Part shown: one piece after another, positions 1 through 6,945 of the stretch | Layout of the letters: the number at the start of each line of letters is the position of its first letter | Position numbering within the stretch: the stretch's first letter is position 1 | From: an archaeon | GTDB lineage: Archaea > Iainarchaeota > Iainarchaeia > Iainarchaeales > 1-14-0-10-31-34 | Direction of reading: 5' to 3' | DNA: 40,009 nucleotides | Assembly (NCBI GenBank): GCA_043815885.1 | Contig: JBDRIL010000031.1 | Location: 1 to 40,009 of the forward strand | Translations under genes and position numbers: made by a program | Notes under the pieces: model-generated | Seen by the model: the letters and a program-made list of their open reading frames with translations, nothing else | What the model was told of the DNA's origin: nothing | Database searches by the model: none

Positions 1-651
1 CCTGGAAAGGGATGGATTGGAATTGATTCAACCTACAGAGAGGCATTGTATGTGGATGGAACGCATTTGGTTTTGGCTTATGTAAAGGATCCATCAGAGG
101 CAGTGGAAAAAGTAATAATGCCTGAAAGAATTAAGGTTGAATTAATAAGGCAAGAGCCAGAAATTGAAATAAATTCTAGAAAAGAATTCAGCGGAATCAC
201 TGGAATTAAAGCAATTATTCCTGAAAAGCTTTCTTCCGGAGAAGCATTTGAATTAGGGATTAAAGCAGAAAATTTAACTGAAAGATACGTGATTCTTCCT
301 GTTTCCCTTCAAATGCATGAAGATTTTTCAGTGGAAGGAGAAAATGAATTACTGGAATTGTTTTCTCCTGGAGAGAAAAAGGAATTTAATTGGAGTGTTA
401 GTGTTCCTTCAGTGAAGGAGGGAAGCAAGGTAACCTATGACTTCTTTGTTAAGACAATTGATGAAACAAGGAAGGAAAAGATTGCTGTAGAGAATGCATT
501 TGAAGAGGAAAGGAAAGTTGTTTCAGAAGAAGAGAAAGAAAAGCCATTAATGGATTTAATTGGAGAGGAAATTGACTTCATTCCTGCCTTGATTTTGCTG
601 GGTTTTGTTGCAGTGGTTTTATTGGTTGTTTTCCTTAAAACAAAAAAGTAA
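1..651 (+). CDS. 3' part of a membrane-anchored protein, probably a transglutaminase-like domain followed by an Ig-like domain and C-terminal TM anchor (5' end outside window)
   Basis: Frame is open from base 1 (PGKGWIGIDSTY..., resembling the GWxxxDxT end of transglutaminase cores); beta-rich middle; hydrophobic C-terminal helix followed by KTKK. Confidence 0.6.
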   Translation, partial: PGKGWIGIDSTYREALYVDGTHLVLAYVKDPSEAVEKVIMPERIKVELIRQEPEIEINSRKEFSGITGIKAIIPEKLSSGEAFELGIKAENLTERYVILPVSLQMHEDFSVEGENELLELFSPGEKKEFNWSVSVPSVKEGSKVTYDFFVKTIDETRKEKIAVENAFEEERKVVSEEEKEKPLMDLIGEEIDFIPALILLGFVAVVLLVVFLKTKK

Positions 652-682
652 TTAAATTCTTTGATTCAAGAGATATTCTTAG

Positions 683-825
683 GCGGCTATGGTCTATTGG
701 CATGATTCGACCTTGCCAAAAAACTTTTAAAAAAAGTTTTATCAAAAGTCGGCAAAAAAACTTTTAAAAAGATTTTCATGAAATGCAATGAGGTCGCGAA
801 CCGGGTTCGATTCCCGGTAGCCGCA
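683..825 (+). tRNA. tRNA-Gly(GCC) with 72-nt intron at canonical 37/38 (719-790)
   Basis: Acceptor GCGGCTA/TAGCCGC, anticodon stem CGACC/GGTCG, GCC at 715-717, T-arm CCGGG-TTCGATT-CCCGG; BHB with central helix TTGC/GCAA and bulges CA|A and TG|A. Confidence 0.95.
718..783 (+). repeat. Two tandem copies of the CTTTT-NNN-AAAAG hairpin repeat inside the tRNA-Gly(GCC) intron
   Basis: AAAAAACTTTT-AAA-AAAAGTTTTATCAAAA (718-747) matches intergenic copies at 29146 and 35339; degenerate second copy at 754-783. Confidence 0.8.
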
Positions 826-833
826 TTCAAAAA

Positions 834-1409
834 TCATCTGCTGGGTGGAAGGGATTGCAGGATTTTTTCAAGGGCTTCATTGGCAGTTGTTCCTTCTCTG
901 ATAAGCACATAGATTTCATTCCATTTGGCAGGATTGACTTCTTTTGCTGCCCTAAGCAGTCCAAGGATTCTTTCCATTCTGGTTACTTCACTTTTAAACC
1001 ACATCAACCTTTTGGGGTCTTTTTCTGTCCTGAGAGAGTTATTGTGAGAATTTATTTTATTTTTCACGCTAACAGTGTCCATGGAATAATTGGACATTGT
1101 CCAAAATATTCTTGCATTTGAAATCCCTGTTTTCTTTGAAAGTTTGTTTAAGTAATCCCCTGTTCCCTCAGGAAGTTTTTTACTGAATTTTCTGGCCGTC
1201 AAATCAGGTTTTGCTTGAAAGTTTTTTTCAAGCTTAACTGCCTTTTTTTCTTGTATTTTATTAGCTATTTTTGGAACAAAATGAGTTGCTACTGCAGTAG
1301 CTCCAAGAAATAATAGCACCCCCCCAACAACCTTGGCAGTTCCCTTAAAGCTTCTCCACTTTTCTCTCCTCAGTCTACTGCGTATGGAAGGCTTGATATT
1401 TCTCCCCAT
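834..1409 (-). CDS. Hypothetical protein with basic N-terminus and one TM helix
   Basis: 191-aa ORF; hydrophobic VVGGVLLFLGATAVATHFV; no family recognised. Confidence 0.7.
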   Translation of the reverse strand: MGRNIKPSIRSRLRREKWRSFKGTAKVVGGVLLFLGATAVATHFVPKIANKIQEKKAVKLEKNFQAKPDLTARKFSKKLPEGTGDYLNKLSKKTGISNARIFWTMSNYSMDTVSVKNKINSHNNSLRTEKDPKRLMWFKSEVTRMERILGLLRAAKEVNPAKWNEIYVLIREGTTANEALEKILQSLPPSR

Positions 1410-1459
1410 AAAAAAACCAGTATAAAATTAAGGGATGCACTTAAATTTAATTCTTTCTG

Positions 1460-1477
1460 TTCCTATTTAAATAGGAA
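1460..1477. promoter_or_regulatory. Perfect 18-bp palindrome in a divergent promoter region
   Basis: TTCCTATTT/AAATAGGAA; contains a TTTAAATA TATA-like core on both strands. Confidence 0.45.
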
Positions 1478-1530
1478 GGGAAACACTGAAAAAGCTTTAT
1501 TTTTTAAAATAGTTAAGCACTTAATTAATA

Positions 1531-1659
1531 GTTGCTTTCGAGCGGTCTCTTTAAGGGAGGATTGGAATTCTCCTGTGAGGGAGGTATCGGAATGACAAAT
1601 CAGTTATTGCGTTTAAAAACATTATTTTTCATAAACTGATTTGTCACGTAGGTTCTGAT
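1531..1659 (+). ncRNA. Candidate structured RNA or long pre-tRNA leader abutting tRNA-Gly(TCC)
   Basis: Hairpins GCT-TTCG-AGC (UUCG loop), CTCTT-TAA-GGGAG, CTCCT-GTGA-GGGAG (GNRA loop), and a 13-bp perfect inverted repeat 1593-1605/1634-1646. Confidence 0.45.
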
Positions 1660-1787
1660 GCGTTCGTGGTCTAGTGGTTAGGACATGAGCCTTCCACTGG
1701 TGAAAGTTTGCAAAAAACACTCAATGTTCTAGTGATCTTTTACTAGAGAGATAGCTCATTACCCGGGTTCGAATCCCGGCGAGCGCA
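1660..1787 (+). tRNA. tRNA-Gly(TCC) with 56-nt intron at 37/38 (1697-1752)
   Basis: Acceptor GCGTTCG/CGAGCGC, anticodon stem TGAGC/GCTCA, TCC at 1693-1695, T-arm CCGGG-TTCGAAT-CCCGG; intron ends pair (CTGGTGAAAG/CTTTTACTAG); relaxed BHB/BHL junction. Confidence 0.93.
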
Positions 1788-1992
1788 TTTATTTAATTCG
1801 TTTAATTATTCTTTTTTCTGCATTTGGGATGAGACAGTGGCAGAAGGAATAAGGAATAATATAATGCAGCATTTTAAGAAGAAGTGAAATAACATAATGG
1901 ATAAATTAATTCAATTAATAAAATTGATTATAAAAACAGGGGAAATGAGCTGCCCCAAAATTATTTAAAACCAGAAAAAAATATGTATTAAT

Positions 1993-2667
1993 ATGAAAAT
2001 AAACAAAGAACTAGCAGAAGTTACAGGCGTAATTCTTGGTGACGGTTGCCTCTCTGAATATTATGTTAAAAGTGAACAAAGAAGACGACAGGAAATTGCA
2101 TTTACTGGCAGCAACGAAGATTTTTTATATTACAAAGAATTTGTAAGACCTGTTTTCATAAAATTTTTTGGGACGAAAGGCCGACTTTTCATTAGGAAGG
2201 ATGATAACTCTACAAGATTTCATGTTATAAACAAGCCTGTTTTTGAATTTTTCCATAGCATGGGCTTGCCATCAGGGAAAAAACCATCTTATTTAAAGAT
2301 CCCAAATAAAATTATGAAAAAACAATGCTTAAGTTTAGCTTGTGTCAGAGGCATTTGGAATACTGATGGGTCAATTTATCGTCGGTTTACTAAAAGATAT
2401 CCTTCCCAAAAAAAATTTTACGGTAATTATTTGGTTATGCAGTTAAAGATGAATACAAAACCTTTGCTAACACAAGTAAAAAAAATATTAAATGTGGCAG
2501 ACATTGGAACTACTTCAATTACTAAAGAGAATAAAGCATTTGTATTACGAATTACAAAACAAACTAGTATATCTAGGTATCTAACCACAATAGGTTTTTC
2601 CAACAAGCATCATTCCAATAGAATAAAGTCATTCAACATCCCCGCAACAGTTAAATTCTTTTCCTAA
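1993..2667 (+). CDS. Free-standing two-motif LAGLIDADG homing endonuclease-like protein
   Basis: Motif 1 LAEVTGVILGDG, motif 2 CVRGIWNTDG; highly basic; no intein splicing blocks. Confidence 0.88.
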   Translation: MKINKELAEVTGVILGDGCLSEYYVKSEQRRRQEIAFTGSNEDFLYYKEFVRPVFIKFFGTKGRLFIRKDDNSTRFHVINKPVFEFFHSMGLPSGKKPSYLKIPNKIMKKQCLSLACVRGIWNTDGSIYRRFTKRYPSQKKFYGNYLVMQLKMNTKPLLTQVKKILNVADIGTTSITKENKAFVLRITKQTSISRYLTTIGFSNKHHSNRIKSFNIPATVKFFS

Positions 2668-2683
2668 TACTTTCTTCTTGAGT

Positions 2684-2800
2684 GGGCCCGTAGCTCAGTC
2701 GGTAGAGGAAAGGAAATTATAGATTTTTATGATACTCCTTTTCGCCGTAAGCACTTGGCTCTTAACCAAGGGGTCGGGGGTTCGATTCCCCTCGGGCTCG
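2684..2800 (+). tRNA. tRNA-Lys(CTT) with 44-nt non-canonical D-arm intron at 22/23 (2706-2749)
   Basis: Acceptor GGGCCCG/CGGGCTC, anticodon arm CTTGG-CTCTTAA-CCAAG, T-loop TTCGATT; removing 2706-2749 restores D stem GCTC/GAGC; BHB helix CGGT/GCCG with bulges AG|A and TA|A. Confidence 0.93.
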
Positions 2801-2862
2801 CTTTAAAAGAAGGCAGTTTTGGGTTTGTAGCGGGTTCAAACAACTATTTATATACTTTTTGG

Positions 2863-2882
2863 TAACTAATATTTATTAGTTA
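2863..2882. promoter_or_regulatory. Probable TA autoregulatory operator
   Basis: TAACTAATA-TT-TATTAGTTA, a perfect 9-bp inverted repeat between a TTTATA box (~2847) and the antitoxin start. Confidence 0.6.
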
Positions 2883-2892
2883 ATAACTTTTA

Positions 2893-3180
2893 GTGATTAA
2901 TATGTTAAAGCAAAAACAGGTGCAGAAGCTTAAGCATTCTCCCACTTTGAATACTGTTTTGATGGTTGAGAATACTTTGAAGGATATAGATGAAAGCATT
3001 GTAACTGTTGCAGAACTTAAAAGGAAGTTGCCTTTTCAAGTTAATCATTACACTTTGAAAGTGATTCTTGAATATTTGGAGGAAAGCAATAAGATTGCGG
3101 TTAGTATGAAAGGCATTACTTGGATTCACAATACTAATCCAAATCTAAGGAAAGCTGTTTCTAGAGGACTTGAGTTATGA
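2893..3180 (+). CDS. Winged-helix DNA-binding protein, putative antitoxin (ATG at 2902 is a likely start)
   Basis: HTH/wing pattern TVAELKRKL...LKVILEYLEESNKI...ITW; ATGA overlap with the downstream gene. Confidence 0.7.
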   Translation: MINMLKQKQVQKLKHSPTLNTVLMVENTLKDIDESIVTVAELKRKLPFQVNHYTLKVILEYLEESNKIAVSMKGITWIHNTNPNLRKAVSRGLEL

Positions 3181-3530
3181 AGACTGTTAGAGTCATTCTT
3201 TCGCCTGAAGCAGAAGAAGTATACAAGCACTTAAACAAGGAAGCCGAGAACTCTAAAATTGAAAGAACCATTCTTAAAGCAATAAACAACAAACTGGGCT
3301 TAATTAAAGCAAACATTCATTATGGGCAACCAATATCGAAAAAGTTAATTCCAAAAGAATACAAGGAAAAATACGGAATAAATAATTTATTCAGGGTAGA
3401 ACTGCCAAATTACTGGCGAATGCTTTATTCCCTCACTGAAGGGGAAACAAAAATAGAAATAATTGCTTTTGTACTGGATTTTGTTGACCACACAGAATAT
3501 AATAAAAAATTCAGATACGGGAAAAAGTAA
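3177..3530 (+). CDS. RelE/ParE-superfamily toxin-like protein
   Basis: 117 aa; N-terminal VILSPEAEE strand-helix, LFRVEL..WRMLY strands and C-terminal DH..Y, as in archaeal RelE-like proteins; translationally coupled to the wHTH gene. Confidence 0.7.
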   Translation: MKTVRVILSPEAEEVYKHLNKEAENSKIERTILKAINNKLGLIKANIHYGQPISKKLIPKEYKEKYGINNLFRVELPNYWRMLYSLTEGETKIEIIAFVLDFVDHTEYNKKFRYGKK

Positions 3531-3572
3531 GTTATTGGCTCGCTCGGGCTCGCTTTAAAAATAATGACTAGT

Positions 3573-3899
3573 TTATAGTAGAAGGCCAATTATTGCTGTA
3601 GGAAGATTCATTGCAAAGGCTACTGTGATTATTCTTTTTGTTTGGATTTCCCTGAGAATTATTCTTAGCATTAATGATTCTGCAAGGAAAACAAATGCTT
3701 CTGTTAAGAGAAAACTCTGAAAAAACTGGTTGAATCCCAATGGAAGGACAAGCCAGACTATTGGAAGGGTTATTGAATTAATTAAGATTGAAGCAAAAAA
3801 CAATTTTTGTACGGGAGTTTCCTTGAAAAAGAATGAAACAAGAATAATTGTTTCAATTAAGCAGGTTAGAATTAAAGCTTGAATAAAGGCATAAGTCAT
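3573..3899 (-). CDS. Small polytopic membrane protein
   Basis: About 4 hydrophobic helices with IET/NSIT/AE motifs; starts 1 bp after the stop of the upstream gene. Confidence 0.75.
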   Translation of the reverse strand: MTYAFIQALILTCLIETIILVSFFFKETPVQKLFFASILINSITLPIVWLVLPLGFNQFFQSFLLTEAFVFLAESLMLRIILREIQTKRIITVAFAMNLPTAIIGLLL

Positions 3900-3900
3900 T

Positions 3901-4455
3901 TTACATCTTTGGCTTTTTTGTTTGTTTGGTTTTCTTTACAAGAAAGTACAAAGTGAAGGCAATTATTACAACAAAAGCGATTACCAGGATTATTACAATA
4001 AATGGATTGAATATCACGACATCTGCTGGGCCTGGAACCAAATGATAACCCGCTTTTTCCGCTTTCATTGTGCCTTCTGATTCATTGAATTCGCTTACAT
4101 TAATTTTAATGTTTTTGTCTGGTTCTAATTGAATTGTGTTTGATGCAAGATATGTTATTCCTTTTACTTCAAGCACACTCTTTTCCAGTGATTGCTTTTC
4201 TTCAAGCCCGCTTAAATCGGAGTTTTTTATTGCATAAACTTTTATTGTCGTATCTAATTTATAGACACTGTTCTCCCTTGCACTAACTTTATTTAGAGTG
4301 TCCTCCCAAAGGTTTCCTGCATAATAGAAAGAATATTCAGGGAAGTCATCTTGATTAGAAAGGTCAAAGGAATATGAAGGCGACGGTCCAATGTCTGCTC
4401 TCACCAAAGCAAAAACAAACAAAGCAATTGTTATGGCAATCAAGGTTTTCTTCAT
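3901..4455 (-). CDS. Exported protein with signal peptide and C-terminal TM anchor
   Basis: MKKTLIAITIALFVFALVRA|D signal; long hydrophobic helix plus Lys-rich tail. Confidence 0.75.
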   Translation of the reverse strand: MKKTLIAITIALFVFALVRADIGPSPSYSFDLSNQDDFPEYSFYYAGNLWEDTLNKVSARENSVYKLDTTIKVYAIKNSDLSGLEEKQSLEKSVLEVKGITYLASNTIQLEPDKNIKINVSEFNESEGTMKAEKAGYHLVPGPADVVIFNPFIVIILVIAFVVIIAFTLYFLVKKTKQTKKPKM

Positions 4456-4520
4456 AAGTAACTATTTTTAGGTTAAACTTATTTATATTGTTTTTCATTT
4501 AAGTAGGTTAGTGGCTTAAA

Positions 4521-5408
4521 ATGAATCCAAGACAGAAAGATTTTGTCAGGAAAATTGCTTTAGAGAGAATGTACAGGCTGATGGAGTTAGCGGAAGAGAA
4601 TTTTAGGGAGAAGCCTGAAAGAAGCAGGGAATACATTCAGTTAATGAAAAAGATTAGTTCCAGGAATAATACTCCTGTTCCAAGAGAATTGAAGGAAGGC
4701 TTCTGCAAGAAATGCTGCAGTGTTTTGGAGAAGGGAGTGAATTGCAGTGTGAGAGTGAAGAAGGACTTTTTGCTGCTTAAGTGCAGGGAATGCGGGAAAG
4801 AGAAGAAATTGTTTTTAGAGAAAGAGAAATTGGTTATTGGATTGACTGGAGGAGTGGCTTCAGGGAAAAATGAGGTTGCAGGGATATTGAAGGAAAAGAA
4901 AGCAGAGATAATTGATGCAGACGAGATTGCAAAGAAAGTGGAAGAGAAAAGAAAGGTGAAAGGAAGGATTGTGGGGGAGTTTGGAAAAGGGATTTTGAGG
5001 GATGGAAGGATTGAGCATAAAAAATTGGGGGAAATTGTTTTTTCTGACAGAAGGAAGTTAATGAAGTTAAATGGAATTGTTCATCCTCCTGCATTAAAGG
5101 AAATAAGGAAGAAAGTGAGAAAGAGCAGGAAGAAGGTCGTGGTGATTAATGCTCCTTTGTTGCTGGAAGCAGGAATGAATGGAGAAGTGGATAAAGTGAT
5201 TGTTGTTTCCTGCAGCAGGGAAAAGCAGTTGGAGAGGCTGGAAAAGAGAGGTTTGAGCAAGGAAGAGGCATTGAATAGGATTAATGCGCAGATGCCTTTA
5301 AAGGAAAAGGAAAGCAAGGCTGATTTTGTTATAGAGAATAATAATGGTTTAAAGGAATTAAGGAAGAGAGTATTATTGGTGTGGGAGAAACTGAAGGGAA
5401 TAAAATGA
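4521..5408 (+). CDS. coaE: Fusion of RNase P protein Rpp21/Rpr2 (N-term) and bacterial-type dephospho-CoA kinase CoaE (C-term)
   Basis: N-term IALERM..L...A with CKKC...CREC zinc ribbon; C-term IGLTGGVASGK P-loop, IIDAD, HP, APLLLE, RINAQM, ADFVIEN. Confidence 0.88.
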   Translation: MNPRQKDFVRKIALERMYRLMELAEENFREKPERSREYIQLMKKISSRNNTPVPRELKEGFCKKCCSVLEKGVNCSVRVKKDFLLLKCRECGKEKKLFLEKEKLVIGLTGGVASGKNEVAGILKEKKAEIIDADEIAKKVEEKRKVKGRIVGEFGKGILRDGRIEHKKLGEIVFSDRRKLMKLNGIVHPPALKEIRKKVRKSRKKVVVINAPLLLEAGMNGEVDKVIVVSCSREKQLERLEKRGLSKEEALNRINAQMPLKEKESKADFVIENNNGLKELRKRVLLVWEKLKGIK

Positions 5409-5881
5409 AGATTGGGGTTTATGCCGGAACATTTGATCCGATTACTAATGGGCATATAGATGTGATAAATAGAGCGTTAAAGTTGTTTGATGAGGTTATT
5501 GTTGCTGTAGGGGAAAACCCGCAGAAAAAGCCATTGTTTTCGCAGGAAGAGAGAATTGAATTAATCAGGAATTCTTTGAATGGAATGAAGGGAGTAAAGG
5601 TGGAGGAATTTAATGGATTACTTGCAGAATATATGAAGAAAAAAGGATTGATGTTTTTGGTCAGGGGATTGAGGGCAATAAGTGATTTTGAGGGGGAATT
5701 CCAGCAGGCAATAATGAATAAGAAGTTAGGGGGAATTGAGACAGTTTTCTTTATGACCAGTACAAAGTATTTTTACCTGAATTCCACTACTGTAAAGGAA
5801 GTAGTGAAGTTGGGTGGAAGCATGGGGGAATTGGTTCCGGAAGAAGTGGAAAATGCATTGAAAAAGAAGTTTTTGCAATAA
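5405..5881 (+). CDS. coaD: Pantetheine-phosphate adenylyltransferase, bacterial type
   Basis: YAGTFDPITNGH, VRGLRAISDFEGE; ATG at 5405 overlaps the upstream stop. Confidence 0.93.
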   Translation: MKIGVYAGTFDPITNGHIDVINRALKLFDEVIVAVGENPQKKPLFSQEERIELIRNSLNGMKGVKVEEFNGLLAEYMKKKGLMFLVRGLRAISDFEGEFQQAIMNKKLGGIETVFFMTSTKYFYLNSTTVKEVVKLGGSMGELVPEEVENALKKKFLQ

Positions 5882-5926
5882 CAAAAGCATTAAAAAGCTT
5901 TTTTTAGTCTAATATTTATTGAATTA

Positions 5927-6001
5927 GCCTGTTTTTTTAAGGGAGCACCGCAAGGTGACGATTCTCTTGAAACAGATTTTTTTTCTTTTAAAAAAACGGG
6001 T
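5927..6001 (+). promoter_or_regulatory. Structured 5' leader of the rps19e operon
   Basis: CACC-GCAA-GGTG GNRA hairpin (5946-5957) inside AAGGGAG/TTCTCTT and CTGTTT/AAACAG stems; GAGGT RBS at 6007-6011. Confidence 0.5.
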
Positions 6002-6019
6002 TTTTTGAGGTAATTTTTT

Positions 6020-6445
6020 ATGGTTTCAGTGTTTGATGTAAATGCAACGGAATTAATTGAAGAGATGACTAAGGACTTAAAGCAGAATAAGAATATTGTT
6101 GAGCCATCCTTTATTCCTTTTGTAAAGAGCGGAAGGCATAAGGAAAGAGCGCCATTGCAGAAGGACTGGTATTTCAGGAGAATGGCTTCAATTTTGTACA
6201 GGGTTTTTGTTGACGGTCCAGTAGGGACTGAGTCATTGAGGAGTTATTACGGGGGAAGAAAGAATAGGGGCGTAAGACCTCATAAAAAATTCAAGGCAGG
6301 GGGGAAAATTGTTAGATGTTGTCTGCAGGCATTAGAGAAAGAGGGTTTAGTGGAAAAGGAAAAGAAGGGAAGAAAGATTACTGCTAAAGGACATGCTTAC
6401 CTGAATAAAAAGGCAAAGGAATTATTGAAGAAGAATAAGAAATGA
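6020..6445 (+). CDS. rps19e: 30S ribosomal protein S19e
   Basis: VKSG..KERAP...DWY..RMASIL, YGGRKNRG, GRKIT.KG. Confidence 0.96.
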   Translation: MVSVFDVNATELIEEMTKDLKQNKNIVEPSFIPFVKSGRHKERAPLQKDWYFRRMASILYRVFVDGPVGTESLRSYYGGRKNRGVRPHKKFKAGGKIVRCCLQALEKEGLVEKEKKGRKITAKGHAYLNKKAKELLKKNKK

Positions 6446-6457
6446 GTTGAATGTGAA

Positions 6458-6781
6458 ATGGATTTAGAGGACGCAAAAAAGCAGAGAATGGAGGAATTAA
6501 AGAAGAAGTACTCAGAACAGGAAACAGGGAGACAGAAGGCAGCAGAGGTTGAAGGCCAGATTAATCTGTTGCTGAAGCAGATATTGGATGAAAAGGCAAT
6601 GGAAAGGCTTTCAAATGTAAAGCTCGTGAAAAAAGAACTGTATTTGCTTGCAGCACAGAACTTGATTTATCTGGCCAAGAGGGGAGAAATTGAAGGCAAA
6701 TTGAATGATTCTCAATTGAAGCAGTTGCTTGAAAGGCTTTCTGCTGGCACGAAAAGGGAAATAAAAATAAAGAGAAAGTGA
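6458..6781 (+). CDS. PDCD5-family DNA-binding protein
   Basis: L.QILD.KA.ERL.NVKLVK and C-terminal IKIKRK; conserved position after rps19e. Confidence 0.9.
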   Translation: MDLEDAKKQRMEELKKKYSEQETGRQKAAEVEGQINLLLKQILDEKAMERLSNVKLVKKELYLLAAQNLIYLAKRGEIEGKLNDSQLKQLLERLSAGTKREIKIKRK

Positions 6782-6786
6782 TTTTT

Positions 6787-6945
6787 ATGGCTAGAGTAAA
6801 GGAAGAAGAAAAAAAGGAATTTTTTATTTCTCAGAGGAAGAAGATCGGTAGAGGAATAACTAATGCCCCGGTATGGATTATCCAGAAGAAGGGGGAAAGA
6901 ATCTGGAACAAGAAACAGAAGGGAACTGGAAGCAGATTGATTTAG
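6787..6945 (+). CDS. rpl39e: 50S ribosomal protein L39e (not in the ORF track; probable frameshift near 6920, repaired frame would end at 6995)
   Basis: MARVK...NAPVWIIQK...IWNKKQK; the L39e-like (R)NWKQIDL continues in the -1 frame; lies between PDCD5 and rpl31e. Confidence 0.82.
   Translation: MARVKEEEKKEFFISQRKKIGRGITNAPVWIIQKKGERIWNKKQKGTGSRLI

Larger units (their letters stand above)
2791..3560. mobile_element. tRNA-Lys-integrated mini-island carrying a toxin-antitoxin pair, bounded by 18-bp direct repeats
   Basis: CTCGGGCTCGCTTTAAAA at 2791-2808 (last 10 nt of the tRNA plus 8 nt) and at 3543-3560; no integrase between them. Confidence 0.75.

Noticed and set aside
1575..1658. Possible C/D-box sRNA before tRNA-Gly(TCC) (CTGA at 1636 and 1655)
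   Set aside because: No convincing RTGATGA C box at proper spacing, and the CTGA motifs lie within long stems; kept only as an unclassified structured RNA.
1806..1851. Hairpin TTCTGC/GCAGAA downstream of tRNA-Gly(TCC)
   Set aside because: Single imperfect stem beside a T-tract; consistent with an ordinary trailer or terminator.
2811..2845. GCGGGTTCAAA resembling a tRNA T-loop inside the mini-island
   Set aside because: No matching T stem or acceptor arm; too short to call a tRNA remnant or split-tRNA half.
5892..5903. AAAAAGCTTTTT palindrome
   Set aside because: Low-complexity, arms in the opposite order to the repeat-family core, and located in a promoter-like AT tract.
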